From positions 89,034,001 to 89,098,000 of the forward strand of contig NC_086108.1 in NCBI RefSeq assembly GCF_963921235.1: a stretch of 64,000 bases of DNA, given 5' to 3'. Below, in pieces: positions 13,339-26,200 of the stretch (position 1 is its first letter; every line of letters starts with the position of its first letter). The position numbers and the translations under genes are program-made. A model generated the notes under the pieces. The model was given only the letters and a program-made list of their open reading frames with translations, was not told the origin of the DNA and ran no database searches. Source of the stretch: Mobula hypostoma (taxonomy: Eukaryota).

Positions 13339-14621
13339 AACTATTGATAGAGTGCTATTTCTTCTGTTTCCTGTGTATCTTGGAACTTGGGATTTTGGTG
13401 TGGCACCTTCAAAGTAAAGTGTTAAAATGTCCTTGTAACATTGAGAAGCTGACAATAGCTGGGAATCCCCCTTTCAATCAGACTGGTGCTCCAAAACAAA
13501 GCAACTATTGATGAATTCAGCTGTCCTTGAATGCTCACATCTGTTACTCCTTTAAAGCCATATGAATCAGCTTTGTAGAAATTGGTAGCATTGGTTACCA
13601 TGACTACAGCAGGAAAGGTTGTCCTGCTGTGAAGCTTCAGCATCTGACAGATCTCATTTAACACCTTCCTTTAGGAACAGTCTTCTTATACATTACTCAT
13701 TGGTCTGGTTGACGCAGGTATACTGCTACCAGAAACTCTTCTTTGGAAAGGGCTTCTTGCAAGGGGCTTTTCTGCTCCCCTCCTCTTCCTTCCACTTCTG
13801 ACGGATGGCTCTGCTCTCCTTTGCACTTACTGATTTTTGACATTAAGGTGAACCTATAACTACCTTCATGTTGGTTGGGAAATGATTGAGCTGAAGTTAG
13901 ATTGCACATTCATCCATAAGAGGACCTTCTCTCTTAAGGCATTTCATGACCAACATTGTCTAACAATAATGCACAAGCAACCAATTTTCTACTGATCTTC
14001 TCCAACAAATATAGAAGTCATGAATGCACCTTTTAACTTAGGTCAAACAGGTACTGGGACTTTTCTTTCAGCTGCTGAATATTGATGTTTCTGTGAGGCA
14101 CAGAGCATCTTACTGGTTGAATTGTCCCATTCCTACTTCGAATCACAGATATCAAACTAGCTTTGTATATGGATCAGCTTAGTGCCAGTAAGTGAATTCT
14201 AGTTAATAGGGCCATTGGTTAATCGGGGCAGTCGCTTATTTGGGACAACTCTTAAAGAACAAAAACTTATCAAAAAAATACCAGGGATTCCCCTTGTTTA
14301 TTTGGGATACCATGCGATTAGTTGGGACAGAAGACTGTTGCTGAGCAGTGCTATCTAGCGCCAGTCGCGTGCATTTGTGTGACCTTTAAACGCTACCCTG
14401 TACTTAGAGCAAATGGCATTTGTTACATGTGTTTTTGTTCAAAATAGAGTGATTTTTGTCACTGATAGTGGTGAGAAATAAGCAGTAAGACAAGTTGGAA
14501 TTGTATTGCTCAGCGTGGTTCAAATATTCAGACTCTAAGATGCCAGAAATAGCCAGGAAATGAAATGATTTCGCTACTTTAACAGGTTAGAAACTACAAA
14601 AAAAATTGAAGGTATCAGCAA

Positions 14622-14716
14622 CACACACAAAATGCTGGAAGAACTCAGCAGGCCGGGCAGCATCTACGGACAAAAGTACAGTCAATGTTTCGGGCCAAAA
14701 CCCTTTGGCAGGACTC
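14622..14716 (-). mobile_element. 95-bp Penelope-derived hammerhead repeat insertion
   Basis: TSD aaggtatcagcaa (14609-14621) and aaggtattagcaa (14717-14729). Minus strand reads gagtc-CTGCCAA-agggttttggccc-GAAA-cattgactg. Confidence 0.8.
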
Positions 14717-14839
14717 AAGGTATTAGCAATCATCTGGAATGTTACAATGAAAATGAAGGTTTGAAGGATGCCATCATCAAAAGCATTGTATGAAGGCAAT
14801 TCTTTATCTACACTAGATCTCTGCACTCATTTGGTTCAT

Positions 14840-15210
14840 TTAGAGAAGGAGGATGAGAGGAGACATGATAGAGGTATACGAGATATTAAGAGGAATAGAT
14901 AGAGTGGACAGCCAGAATCTCTTCCCCAGGGCACTACTGCTCAATACAAGAGGACATGGCTTTAAGGGGTGGGAATTTCAAGGGGGATATTAGAGGAAGG
15001 ATTTTTACTCAGGGAGCGGTTGGTGCGTGGAATGCACTGCCTGAGTCAGTGGTGGAGGCAGATACACTAGTGAAATTTAAGAGACTACTAGACAGGTTTA
15101 TGGAGGAATTTAAGGTGGGGGTTATGTGGGAGGCAGAGTTTAAGGGTCGGCACAACATTGTGGGCCGAAGGGCCTGTACTGTGCTGTACTATTCTATCTA
15201 TCTATCTATT
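14840..15210 (+). mobile_element. CR1 3' fragment with (TCTA)n tail
   Basis: FTQGAVGAWNALPESVVEA...FKRLLDRFM, then gggccgaagggcctgtactgtgctgta. Confidence 0.85.
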
Positions 15211-15769
15211 TACATCAATCAAAAGAATATGGCTGCACACTCCAAATGAATTCCTCCATCAATAACTAGTAAGAACTAGTATACAGTTTTATGGTGCTGC
15301 AGAGGTATCGGTAGTGGCTTAATTTGTTCTGCATTTCATTTAAATACATAAACTGTTACTCAGTTAAATTGTCATTTGTTTTTTTTTTATACCTTTTTAA
15401 CTACTTCCATGGAACTTTGGCTAATTCAAGCAGCCACTTAATTGGGCCAAATTGTACTGTTCCCGATGTGTCCCAATTAACCAGAATCCACTGTATATGT
15501 CGAGTGGAAAAATACTGTTAGTCTTCTAAAATATGGCAGATAATTCACGCTTAAAAAAAGAATATATGTGTGTGCTTCTTAATTGACATTTAAACCAAAT
15601 GGGCACAGGCAATACCAAAGTAATGGGCTACACTTAGCCGAATTTTATAGTTCCAGTACCTAATAATTACAGCATGTAAATCTATCGTTCAAGGGTAGCA
15701 CTGAATTAGAACATTTAGCATTTAATAAAATAGACACTAGTTCAGAATCAGACTTAATATAATAATAGT

Positions 15770-16930
15770 AACTTTATTTATAGAGCAATTTTCATATAGA
15801 TGATGTACATATGAACATAAGAACATAAGAAATAGGAGCCATCTGGCCCATTGAGTCTGCTCCACCATTCAATAAGATCATGGCTGATCTGGCCATGGAC
15901 TCACCTCCACCCACCTGCCTTTTCCCTATAGCCCTTAATTCCCCTACTACGCAAAAATCTATCCAACCTTGTCTTAAATATATTTCCTGAGGTAGCCTCC
16001 ACTACTTCATTGGGCAGAGAATTCCACCGTAGTTCAAAGAGATTTATAATAAAATAACAAACATGAAAATAAAATACAAAAAAATGTTAGTTAAGAAGCC
16101 GAGTTAAAGAAATAGTTGTGAGCTGGTGTTTAAAAGTCACAATTGAGTCTGCATCCCTTATATTTTTAGATATTGAATTCAATAGTTTAGGAGCATGGTT
16201 CAAAAAAGCTGATCTGCCAGTTACCTATTGAGAGCGATTGTTTAAATTTAAGAAACCAGTGGAACAGGATCTGCAAGCTCAAGCAGGATGATAAAATAAA
16301 AATATTCTGTGGTATCAGACCATTAAAAGCTTTAAAACAAGTAAGGGAGTTTTAAAATCAATTCCAAAAAATCCAGGAAGCCAATGCAGAGAAGCTAATA
16401 TAGGAGTGATATATCCCCTCCTCCTGGTTTTGGTGAAAAGTCAAGCAGCAGCGTTCTGAATTAGTTGAAGTTTGTCAATAGGTTGCAATGGAAGGCCAGT
16501 AAAAAGTGCTTTGCAGTACTTGAACACGAGGAATTCTGCAGATGCTGGAAACTCAAGCAACACACATCAAAGTTGCTGGTGAACGCAGCAGGCCAGGCAG
16601 CATCTCTAGGAAGAGGTACAGTCGACGTTTCTGCACGTCGATTGTACCTCTTCCTAGAGATGCTGCCTGGCCTGCTGCATTCACCAGCAACTTTGATGTG
16701 TGTTGCAGTACTTGAGTCTATTTGATATAAAGGCATGATTTAGTTTTTTCGGCATCATTACATGATAGAAATGAAAGGACTTTTGCAATAAGTCTAGAAA
16801 TACTGATCTGGTCGCTTTCTTTATATGGGATTTAAAATTCAAATCTGAATCAAGGATAACACCAAGGCTAGTTACTTCTGATTTTACAAGGGGAGTGAAG
16901 TTCCCAAGTTTATTGAGAAGTTTATCTCAT
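15770..16930 (-). mobile_element. L2 LINE 3' portion, interrupted by a CR1 tail (15810-16027) and a hammerhead repeat
   Basis: Minus strand encodes LGVILDSDLNFKSHI (about 16825-16870) and ITPILASLHWLP (about 16375-16410), hallmark L2 C-terminal motifs. Confidence 0.75.
16524..16702. repeat. fold-back Penelope pLTR insertion: two 72-bp inverted arms meeting at the hammerhead
   Basis: Arms 16557-16628 and 16635-16706 with 2 mismatches. TSD ttgcagtacttga at 16511-16523 and 16703-16715. Confidence 0.9.
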
Positions 16931-17074
16931 TGGCGTATGTCATGAAATTTGTTGTTTTGTGGCAGCAGTACATTATAATTAAAAATCTATAAGTTACAAT
17001 GGGAAGAAAGTAGATTCCAATTCACTGGGCCACTGGTTAATTGGGCCAGCAGCTTATCTGGGACAATTCGGCAG

Positions 17075-19705
17075 TGTTGGCAGAGCAGCTTATTTGTGCC
17101 ATAAGATGGAAGGATGTTGAATCCTTGTGGATTGAGTGAAGAAACTGCAAGGGTAACAGTACTCTGATGGCAGTTATATAAAGGGCTTCCAACTGTAGCT
17201 ATGATGAAGACCACAGATTACAATAAAGAGAGTGAGTTTGTTGAATACCTACACGGTAGCTTTTTAGAGCATTTTGTCTTTGAGCCTACTAGGGGGATCA
17301 GCTATACTGGAGTTGGTGTTATATAATGAACTGGAGGTGATCAGGAGCTTAAGGTAAAAGTACCCTAGGAGCAAGTGATCAATATGATTGAGTTCAACTT
17401 GAAATTTGATAGGGAGAAAGTAAAGTCTGTCATAGCAGTATTTCAATGGAATAAAGGAAATTACTATGGTATGAGAGAGGAGTTGGCCAAAGTAAATTGG
17501 AAGGAGATGCTAGCAGGGATGACAGCAAGGCAGCAATGGCATGAGTTTCTGGGAAGAATGAGGAAGGTGCAGGATAGATGGATTCCAAATATGAAGAAAT
17601 ACTCAATTGGCAAAAAAATCTAACAAGGGAAGTCAAAGTAATGTAAAAGCAAAAGAGTACAACAAAGCAAAAATTAGTGGGAAGATGGAGGATTGGGAAG
17701 CTTTTAAAAACCTACAGAGAGCAACTAAAAGCATCATTAGGAGGGAAAGGATGAAATATAAAAAAAAAGAGAGCAAATAATATCGAAGTGGGTAGTAAAA
17801 GCTTTTTCAAGTATGTAAAAAATAAAAAAGAGATGAGAGTGAATATAAGACTGCTAGAAAATGAGGCCGGAGAAATAATACCGGGGGCCAAGGAGATGGT
17901 AAATGAACTAACTGAGTATTTTGCATGGATCTTCACTGTGGAAAGCACTAACTGTGTGTCAGTTAGTCCTGCCGAAAGGTCTCGGCCTGAAACCTCGACT
18001 GTACCTCTTCCTAGAGATGCTGCCTGGCCTGCTGCGTTCACCAGCAACTTTGATGTGTGTTGTCAGATATTAAAGGGTGTGAGGGAAGATAAGTGAGTGT
18101 AGTTAGTATTGCAAGGGAGAAGGTGCACAAAAATCTGAAAGTTCTAAGGTTGCATAAGTCACCTGGACCAGATGAACTGCACTCTAGGGTTCTGAAAGAG
18201 GTAGCGTTAGAGATTATGGAGGTATTAGCAATGATTTTTCAAAAATCATTGGACCCTGGTATGGTGCCAGAGGACTGGAAAATTGCAAATGTCACTTCAC
18301 TCTTTAAGAAAGGAGGAAGGCAGCAGAAAGCAAATATGGACCAGTTAGTCTGAACTCAGTGGTTGGGATGGTGGTGGGATCAATTATTAAGGATGGGGTT
18401 ATAGGGTACTTGGTGATGCAGGACAAGATAGGACAAACTTAGTGTTGTTTCCTTATGGGAAAATCTTGCCTGACAAACCTGTTGGAATTCTTTGAAGAGC
18501 TTACAAGTAGGATAGATAAAGGAAATGTAGTGGATGTTATATATTTGGACTTTCGGAGGCCTTCGATAAGGTGCCACACATGAGGTTGTTTAGCAAGTTA
18601 AGAGCCCATGGTATTACAGGAATGTTTTGGCATGGTTAGAGCAGTGGCTGATTGGTAGGAGGCAACGAGTGGGAATAAAAGGATCCTTTTCTGGTTGGCT
18701 GCCAGTGACTAGTTGTGTTCCGCAGGGGTCAGTGTTGGGACCGCTTCTGTTTATGCTGTATATAAATGATTTAGATGTTGGAATAGATGGTTTTGTTACC
18801 AAGTTTGCAGATGATATAAAGGTTGGTGGAGGGGCAGGTAGTGTTGAGGAAACAGGAATGTTGCAGAAGGACTTAGAGAGATTAGGAGTATGGGCAAGAA
18901 AGTGACAAATGTTGGAAAATGCATGGTCATGCACTTTGGTAGTAGAAATAAAGATGCAGACTATTTTCTAAACAGGAAGAAAATACTAAAATCTGAGATG
19001 CAAAAGGACTTGGGAGTCCTTGTGCAGAACACCCTAAAGGTTAATTTTCAGGTAGAGTCAGTGCCAAGGAAGGCAAATGCAATGTTAGAATTCATTTCAA
19101 GTGGTCTGGAATACAGGAGCAAGGCTGAGATACTGAGGCTTTATAAGGCACTGGTCAGGCCTCACCTTGAGTATTGTGAACAGTTTTGAGATCTTCATCT
19201 AAGAAAAGATGTGCTGGCATGGGGAAGGTTCAGAGGTTCACAAGGATGATTCCGGGAATGAAAATTTATCATACAAGGAATGTCTGATAACTCTGGATCT
19301 GTTCTCACTGGAACTTAGAAGGATGAGGAGGGATCACATTGAAATCTCTTGAATGCTGAACTGCCTAGACAGAGTAGATGTCAAAAGGATGCTTCCCTTG
19401 GTGGGGGAGTCTAGGGCACAGACTCAGGATGGGGGGGTGGGGTGTCCATTTAAAACAGAGATTTCTTTAGCCAGAGTGTGGTGAATTGGTAGAATTTGTT
19501 ACCACAGGCAGCAGTGGAGGCCAGGTTGTTGAGTGTATTTAAGGCAGAAATTGATAGGTTCTTGATTGGATACGGCATCAAAGGTTACAAGGAGTAGGCC
19601 AAGGAGTGAGGCTGAGAAGGGGAAGAAAGGATCAGCTATGATTGAATGGCAGAGCAGACTCAATGGGCCAAATGGCCTAATTCTGCTTCTATGTCTTACA
19701 GTCTA
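17075..19705 (+). mobile_element. CR1 LINE (degenerate EN/RT and 3' end)
   Basis: KSPGPDELHSRVLKE, VPQGSVLGPLLFMLYINDL, KFADD and LVRPHLEYCEQF, followed by a CR1 tail. Confidence 0.9.
17963..18060 (+). mobile_element. about 100-bp hammerhead repeat inserted in the CR1
   Basis: agtc-CTGCCGA-aaggtctcggcct-GAAA-cctc-gactg, flanked by tgtcag at 17957-17962 and 18061-18066. Confidence 0.8.
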
Positions 19706-20502
19706 ATAATCTTATAACTCTTAAAGAACAAAAACTAATGGAAAAAATAGCCCTGATTCCCTTCGTTTATTTGGAAGCACCATGCCGCCAAAATGGGACA
19801 GGAGACTGTTGCAGAACAGTTTCTAACCAGCATCAGTCATGTGCTAGATTAAACAGTTTTTAAATAGTGTCAGTTATATGTGTTTGTGTTCAAAAAGCAG
19901 TGTTTTTTGTCACTGATAATTAGCGAGGAACATACAATAAGACAAAGTAGAACTTTTTCGCTCACTGCAATTCGAGCATTCAGGCATGGAGATTTCAGAT
20001 GTGGTCAGGGGTGAAGACGAAATGATTTCACTACCTCAGCAAGTTAGGAACTACAAAGAATTGGTAGGCATGACAATATTTATAGTCATAGGTTATAGAG
20101 GCATGGAGAGCAAAAGCACAGAGAAAGCCCTTTTGGCCAATGAGACTGCATTGAGCATCAACTACCCATTTACACTAATCATAGGTGAACAGAAAGGATT
20201 ATACTTATATACACAAGGAAAGAAGAAATGATGGCAGTTATAATTGGAAAAAATAAGTCATTTATTGTTAAATTGGTAAATTGATTTATTATTGCCACAT
20301 GCATTGGCATACAGTGAAAAGCCCATATTACATTATTTGGTAATTATTTTGATTTGATTGACCTTAATTACTCTGTGTTTCTTTTAAATATAGGATATTC
20401 ACATTTTATTGCTTTCAACAACAGTATTGCTCTGCTTACTTTAAAAATTAGGATTATATATATAAAACAAATCCTCAATTTAAGCACAAGCAAGGCTAAG
20501 AT

Positions 20503-20634
20503 GTAACTATGGCAACAATTACCTACTAAGAGCTGCTTTGCTCTTAGAAGTAACAAGGCCATAAGCAGCAGCATTGGAAAGTCTCATGCTTCCTTTCAAT
20601 ATCTACCTGTTGCCATGGCAAGTTACTAGGCACT
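20503..20634. promoter_or_regulatory. cluster of RFX X-box motifs (candidate enhancer)
   Basis: GTAACTATGGCAAC (20503-20516), GTTGCCATGGCAAG (20609-20622) and an overlapping GTTACTAGGCAC, all in non-repetitive sequence. Confidence 0.5.
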
Positions 20635-22349
20635 TTGGTCCCACTATCACAATATAATTAAAGCTCATGTTGCTAACAAAATTATATTGTAACACGTGAT
20701 TTTGATTTCTTTTCATCACAATGTTCTTTAGGTATAGAAACGTGAATAATCAGCATATGAGTCATTTTCAGTATTTCAGCATTATTTTCCTCATTTTTAA
20801 TTAAAGCAGTAATGCCCTCAAATAAGTAGGTCAAAACCATTTTTGACATGATAGGCATCAATGAGTCATAGAGTCATAGAGGAGTACAACACAGAAACAG
20901 GCACTTCAGCCCATCTAGCCCATGCCAAAACCATTAAACTGCCTACTCCCATTGTCTCACTGGGACTATAATCCTCTATATCCCTATTATCCGTGTACCA
21001 ATTCAAACTTCTCTTAAATGTTGAAATCGAGCTCACATGTACCACTTGTGCTGGCAGCTCATTCCACACTCTCTTGACCCTCTGAGGGAAGAAGTTTCCC
21101 CTCATGTTCCGCTTAAACTCTTCACCTTTCACTCTTAACCCTTGACCTCTGCTTGTAGTCCCACTCAACCTCAGTGGAAAAAGCCTGCTTGCATCTACCC
21201 TATCTATACTCCGCATAATTTTGTATACCTCTATTAAATCTCCTCTCAAACTTCTACATCCTAAAGAATACAGCCCTAACCTATTCAATCTTCCCTTATA
21301 ACTCAGGTCCTCCAGACCCAGTAACATCCTTGTAAATTTTCTCTGTACTGTTTTAACCTTGTTTACATCTTTCCTGAAGGAAAACTGCACACAATACTCC
21401 AAATTAGGTTTCACCAACATCTTATAGAACTTCAACAAAGCATCCCAACTCCTATACTCCATACATTGTTTTATGAAGGCCAATGTGCTAAAAGCTTTCT
21501 TATGTCTCTATCTACATGTGACACCACCCTCAATGAATTCTGGACCTGTATTCCCAGGTCCCTTTGTTCTACCACACTCCTCAGTGCCCTACCGTTCATT
21601 GTGTAAGACCCACGCTGGTTGGTTCTCTGAAGCGCAACAAGTCACACTTGTCTGAATTAAATACCATCTTCCATTTTCATCCCATCTTAACAGCTGATGC
21701 AGATCCCTTTGCAAGTCATGATAGCTGTCCTTACTGTCCACTACCCCCAAACTTGGTGTCATCCACAAATGTTCTGATCTGTTTGACCACTTTTGTCATC
21801 CAGGTCATTGATATAGATGACAAACAAGAATGGACCCAACATCAACCCCTGCGTCACACAACTAGTCACAGGCCTCCGGTCTGTGGCACAACCCTCTACT
21901 ATCACTCTCTGGCTATCACAAAGCCAATGTCTAATCCAATTTACTAGCGCATCTTGAATGCCAAGTGACTGATCCTTGTTAACCAGCCTCCAATGCAGGA
22001 CCTTGTCAAATGCCTTGCTAAGGTCCATGTAGACAATATCCACTGCCTTGCCTTCATCCAGTTTCCCGGTAACATCCTTCAAAAACTCTATAAGATTGGT
22101 TAGACATGACCAGCCATGCACAAACCCATGCTGTCCATTCAAATAGTTATGTATCCAGTCCCTTAGAATACCTTCCAATAACTTTCCTGCAACTGATGCA
22201 ACTTCATGCCTTCTTTTCGCCTTCTTGATTTATTTCTTATCTTCTGTTGTGTTTCTCACCTCATTTGTTCCTACTTGTCTATACCTGCTATGTACCTCCA
22301 TTTTTTTCTTAACCAAGGCCTCAATATCTCTAGAAAACCAAGGTTCCCT

Positions 22350-23205
22350 CCACTTATTTCCAAGCAAATCTTTCACTCCCCCTCAACTTTACGGCTTTCC
22401 ACCTGGATCGCTCCCTGCATGACTCCCTTGTCCATTCATCCCTCTCTGCTCTGAGTACTTATCCTTGCAAGCAGAACAAGTGCCACACCTGCCTCGACAC
22501 CTCCTCCCTCACTACCATTCAGGGCTCCAAAAGTTCTTCCAGGTGAGGTGACACTTCACCTATGAGTCTGTTGGGGTCATCTACTGTATCCAGTGCTCCT
22601 GGTGTGGCCTCCTGTATATCGGTGTGACACAATGTAGATTGAGAGACCGCTTCACGCACCGGACACCAGAAAAAGCAGGATCTCCTGGTGGCTATCCATT
22701 TCAATTCTACTTCCCATTCCCATTCTGACATGTCAGTCCATGGCCTCCTCTATAGCCGCGATGAGACCACACCTTATATTTTGCCTGGGTAGCATCCAAC
22801 CTGATGGCATGAAGATCACTTTCTCAAATCTCCGGTAATTTCCCCCCACTTCTTCACCATTCTCCATTCCCATTTCCCTCTCTCACCTTATGTCCTTACC
22901 TGCCCATCACCACCCCCTGGTGCTCCTCCCCTTCCCTTTCTTCCATGGTCGTCTACCCTCTCCTATCAGATTACCCCTTCTTCAGCCCCTTATCTCTTTC
23001 ACCCATCACCTACCACCTTGTACTTCTTTCTCCTCTCCCCCCCACTTTCTTGCTCTAATTTCTCATCCTTTTTTCCAGTCCTGATGTAGGGTCTCAGCCT
23101 GAAACATCGACTGTTTACTCCTTTCTAATAATGCTGCAGTTCCTCAAGTTTTATGTCTGTGTTACTTGGATTTCCAGCATCTGCAGATTTTCTCATCTTT
23201 GTACC
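22350..23205 (+). mobile_element. Penelope-like element 3' part (GIY-YIG remnant plus pLTR)
   Basis: gtcatctactgtatccagtgctcc...ctcctgtatatcggt encodes VIYCIQC..LLYIG. Homologous to 2440-3330. Confidence 0.85.
23076..23113 (+). ncRNA. minimal type-I hammerhead ribozyme motif (near-consensus)
   Basis: cagtc-CTGATGT-agggtctcagcct-GAAA-c-ATC-gactg, with a perfect 5-bp helix I. Confidence 0.6.
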
Positions 23206-26200
23206 TGACACTTGTTATATAATTTCCTGGTTTATCTTTAGAGCCTTTTTTAAACAGCAGATCAACATTGGCTATCCTCCAATCCTATGGTACCTCCCTT
23301 GTCACTTAGGATGATTTAAGTATCTCTGCTACAGCCCCGACAAATTGTGCACTTCCCTCCCGTAGGGTCCGAGGGAAGAACTTGTCAGACTCTGGGGATT
23401 TATCCACCCTGATTTGCCTCAGGTAACAGACACCTCCTCCTCTTTAAACTGTATAGAATCCACGAAGTTGATGCCACCTTGTTTCACTTCTATAGACTCT
23501 GCATCCATCTCCTTAGCAAAGACGGATGCAAAGAATTCATTTAAGATCTCCACCATCTGTTTTGGCTCCAGACATAGATTACCATTCTGGTCTTCCAGAG
23601 GACCAATTTTGACCCTTGTAATGCTTTTGTTCTGTAGAATCACATAGGATTCTCCTTCATCCTGTCTGCTAGAGCAATTTCTTCCCTTCTTTTAGCCCTC
23701 CTGATTTCTTCCTTAAGTGTTCTATTGCATTTCTTACACTTAATAAGCATCACATTTGTTCCTACATGCCTATACCTGCTATGCACCTCTGTTTGTTTTC
23801 ATAACCAAGCCCTCAATATATCTTGAAAATTAAGGTTCCCTACACTTGTTATCTTTTCCTTTTGTTCTGACAGACACATACAAGCTCTGTACTCTCAAAC
23901 ATTCACTTTTGAAGGCCTCCCAGTTGCCAAGTACACCTTTGCCAGAAAACAGCCCGTCCCAATCCACACTTCCGGATCATTTCTAATACTATCATAGTGG
24001 TTGTTCTCCAATTTAGAATTTCAACTCGCGGATCAGATCTATCATTTTTTTTTACATTCACTTTAAAACTAATGGTATTGTGGTCACTGGATGCAAAGTT
24101 TTCCTCTAGACAAACTTCTGTCACCTGTCCTGTCTTATTGCTAATAGCAGAGCTGGTATTGCATGCTTTCTCCTTGGGACTTCTATGTGTCAATGAAGGA
24201 AACTTTCCTGAACACATTTGACAAACTCTGTTCCATATAGTTCTTTTACAGTATGTGATTCCCAGTCAATATGTGGAAAATTACAGTCACCTACTATCAC
24301 AACCTTATGCTTCTTGCACCAGTCTGCGACCTCTTTACAAACTCGTTCCACTAAATCCTGAGGACTGTTGAGTGGTCTGTAATATAATCCCGTTAACATC
24401 TCCATACCTTTCTTATTTCCCAGTTCCATTTGACTCAGTATGACTTCTGGTTAAGATGGCGCTACCTTATGCCTGTGATAGCTCACTGGGAGTTCAGATG
24501 GCAAGAAGTTCAACTCAAAACACCTTTTCTGAGGGAAATTGTGTTTAATTATCGCCGCAAACAGTGAGGGGGTGAGTAATAGTGAGGTGAGTTCAGGTGA
24601 TGAGCCGAGATGGTGTGTTGCAGGTGGAGTGCGCCATTCAGAGAGGAGAAGAGGACTTTCGATGTCCATAAAGTTGACCTGGGTGTGAGGCTGGATCGTT
24701 CTGGGTGCCGAAAGGAGAACTCAGGACAGAGGAGGTTCAATGTCTGTACAACTGGCCCAGGTACAAGTTTGGATCGCCCTGGGCACCGAGCTGGTTTGAA
24801 GAACTTGTAAGCACCTCCAGGCTGGACTGTGAAATCTGGGCCTGGAGCAAGTCACTGGGTGGTGTGGTCTAGGCCCTGAGCCTAGGAGTAGCTGGATTCC
24901 AATGTGAGGTGTGATCTGCTGTTTTGACAATTTAAATTCCAGCCCAGATTGGAGGCAGGAGTTGATTTCGCTTGCTCTCTGCGATGTTCATTCCTCCCTC
25001 CACAAATCCAGGTGCTAATCCATGCCCTGAGCTTATCCACTTTTCCTCCAATACTTCTTGCACTGAAATATTTGCAGATCATGATACTAGTTGCATCCTG
25101 CTCAACCTTTTGATTCCTGACTTCTTCTGAGGTTTTACGAGCATCTGTCGCCACAACCCCTTCACTAACTGTTTTGGCACACTGGTTCCCACCCCCCTAC
25201 AGTTCCAGTTTAAACCCCACCGTGCAGCATTAACAAACCTTCCCACGAGGATAATAGTCCCCCTCCAGGTCAGGTGCAAACCATCCCTTCTGTACAGGTT
25301 CCACCTTCCCTGGAAGAGAGCCCAATGATCCAAAAATCTTATGCCTTCCCTCCTACACCAACTCCGTAGCCACGTATTAAATTATATAAACTTTCTAGTT
25401 CAGGCCTTACTGGCACATGGCATGGGTAGCAATCCAGAGATCAAAAGCCTGGAGGTTCTGACATTTAACCTAGCACCTAACTCACTGAACTCTCTTTGCA
25501 GAACCTCCTCACTCATCCTACCAATGTCATTGATAACTATATGGATTATGACCTCTGGCTGTTCACCTTCTTACTTAAGAATGCTGAGGATTCCATCAGA
25601 GACGTTCCAGATCCTGGCACCTGGGAGGCAGCATACCATCAGGGAATCTCATTCTCACCCGCAGAACCTCCTGTCCGTTCCCCTACCTTACGAATCCCCT
25701 AACACCACTGCATGCCTTTTCTCCATCCCTTCCCTTCCTAGTCACAGGAGACCTGACCACTGTGACTTTCCTCTGTTAGGTCATCCCCTTCAACATTATC
25801 CAAAGTGATATACCTGTTGATGAGGGGGATGGCCACAGGGGTACTTTGCACTGGCTCCTTAATCCTTTCCCCTTCTTGACTGTCACCCTGTTCCCTATGT
25901 CCTGCACCATGGTTATAACTACCTCTCTATGTGTCATATTGATCACCCCTTCAGCCTCCCAAGTGATCAGGAGTTCATCCTGTTCCAGCTCCTCAACGCA
26001 GATTGCTTGAAGCTGCAGCTGGATGCACTTCTTGCAGCTGGAGTCGGCTGGGACACTGGAGGTCTCCCTGCCTTCCCACATCCCGCAACTGGAGCCTGAC
26101 ATCTCTACTATCCTAACTGAGCAGATGGAAAGAAGGGAAGGAAAAAATAAATTCTACCTGCAGCTTTTCTTTTTTGCCTTTTCTGACTAAAGCCTCTCTT

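Larger units (their letters stand above)
14190..15495. mobile_element. Tigger/pogo-like non-autonomous DNA transposon, interrupted by a hammerhead repeat and a CR1 3' fragment
   Basis: Degenerate terminal inverted repeats aagtgaattctagttaataggg and cccaattaaccagaatccactg followed by TA. A related copy lies at 17008-20070. Confidence 0.6.
17008..20070. mobile_element. second Tigger-like element, split by a CR1 (17075-19705)
   Basis: gcttatctgggacaa near 17060 resumes at about 19717 as actcttaaagaacaaaaact. These two pieces are contiguous in the 14190 copy. Confidence 0.65.
20866..26110 (-). mobile_element. near full-length degenerate CR1 including ORF1 esterase remnant, interrupted by Penelope (22350-23205) and an unclassified insert (about 24440-25000)
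   Basis: ORF1-like CKKC segment and RRDGLHL (SGNH esterase motif); LYYRP, VGDCNFPHIDW, SDHNTISF, YMDLSKAFDKV; 3' tail at 20866. Confidence 0.85.

Noticed and set aside
13360..14180. 80-aa ORF 13422-13664(-) in apparently unique DNA
   Set aside because: No recognisable motif or convincing splice sites; left unannotated.
16465..16725. Recurrent peptide LLVNAAGQAASLGRGTVDVS in several ORFs (16465, 17712, 32644, 51553) as a gene family
   Set aside because: It is the antisense translation of the non-coding hammerhead repeat.
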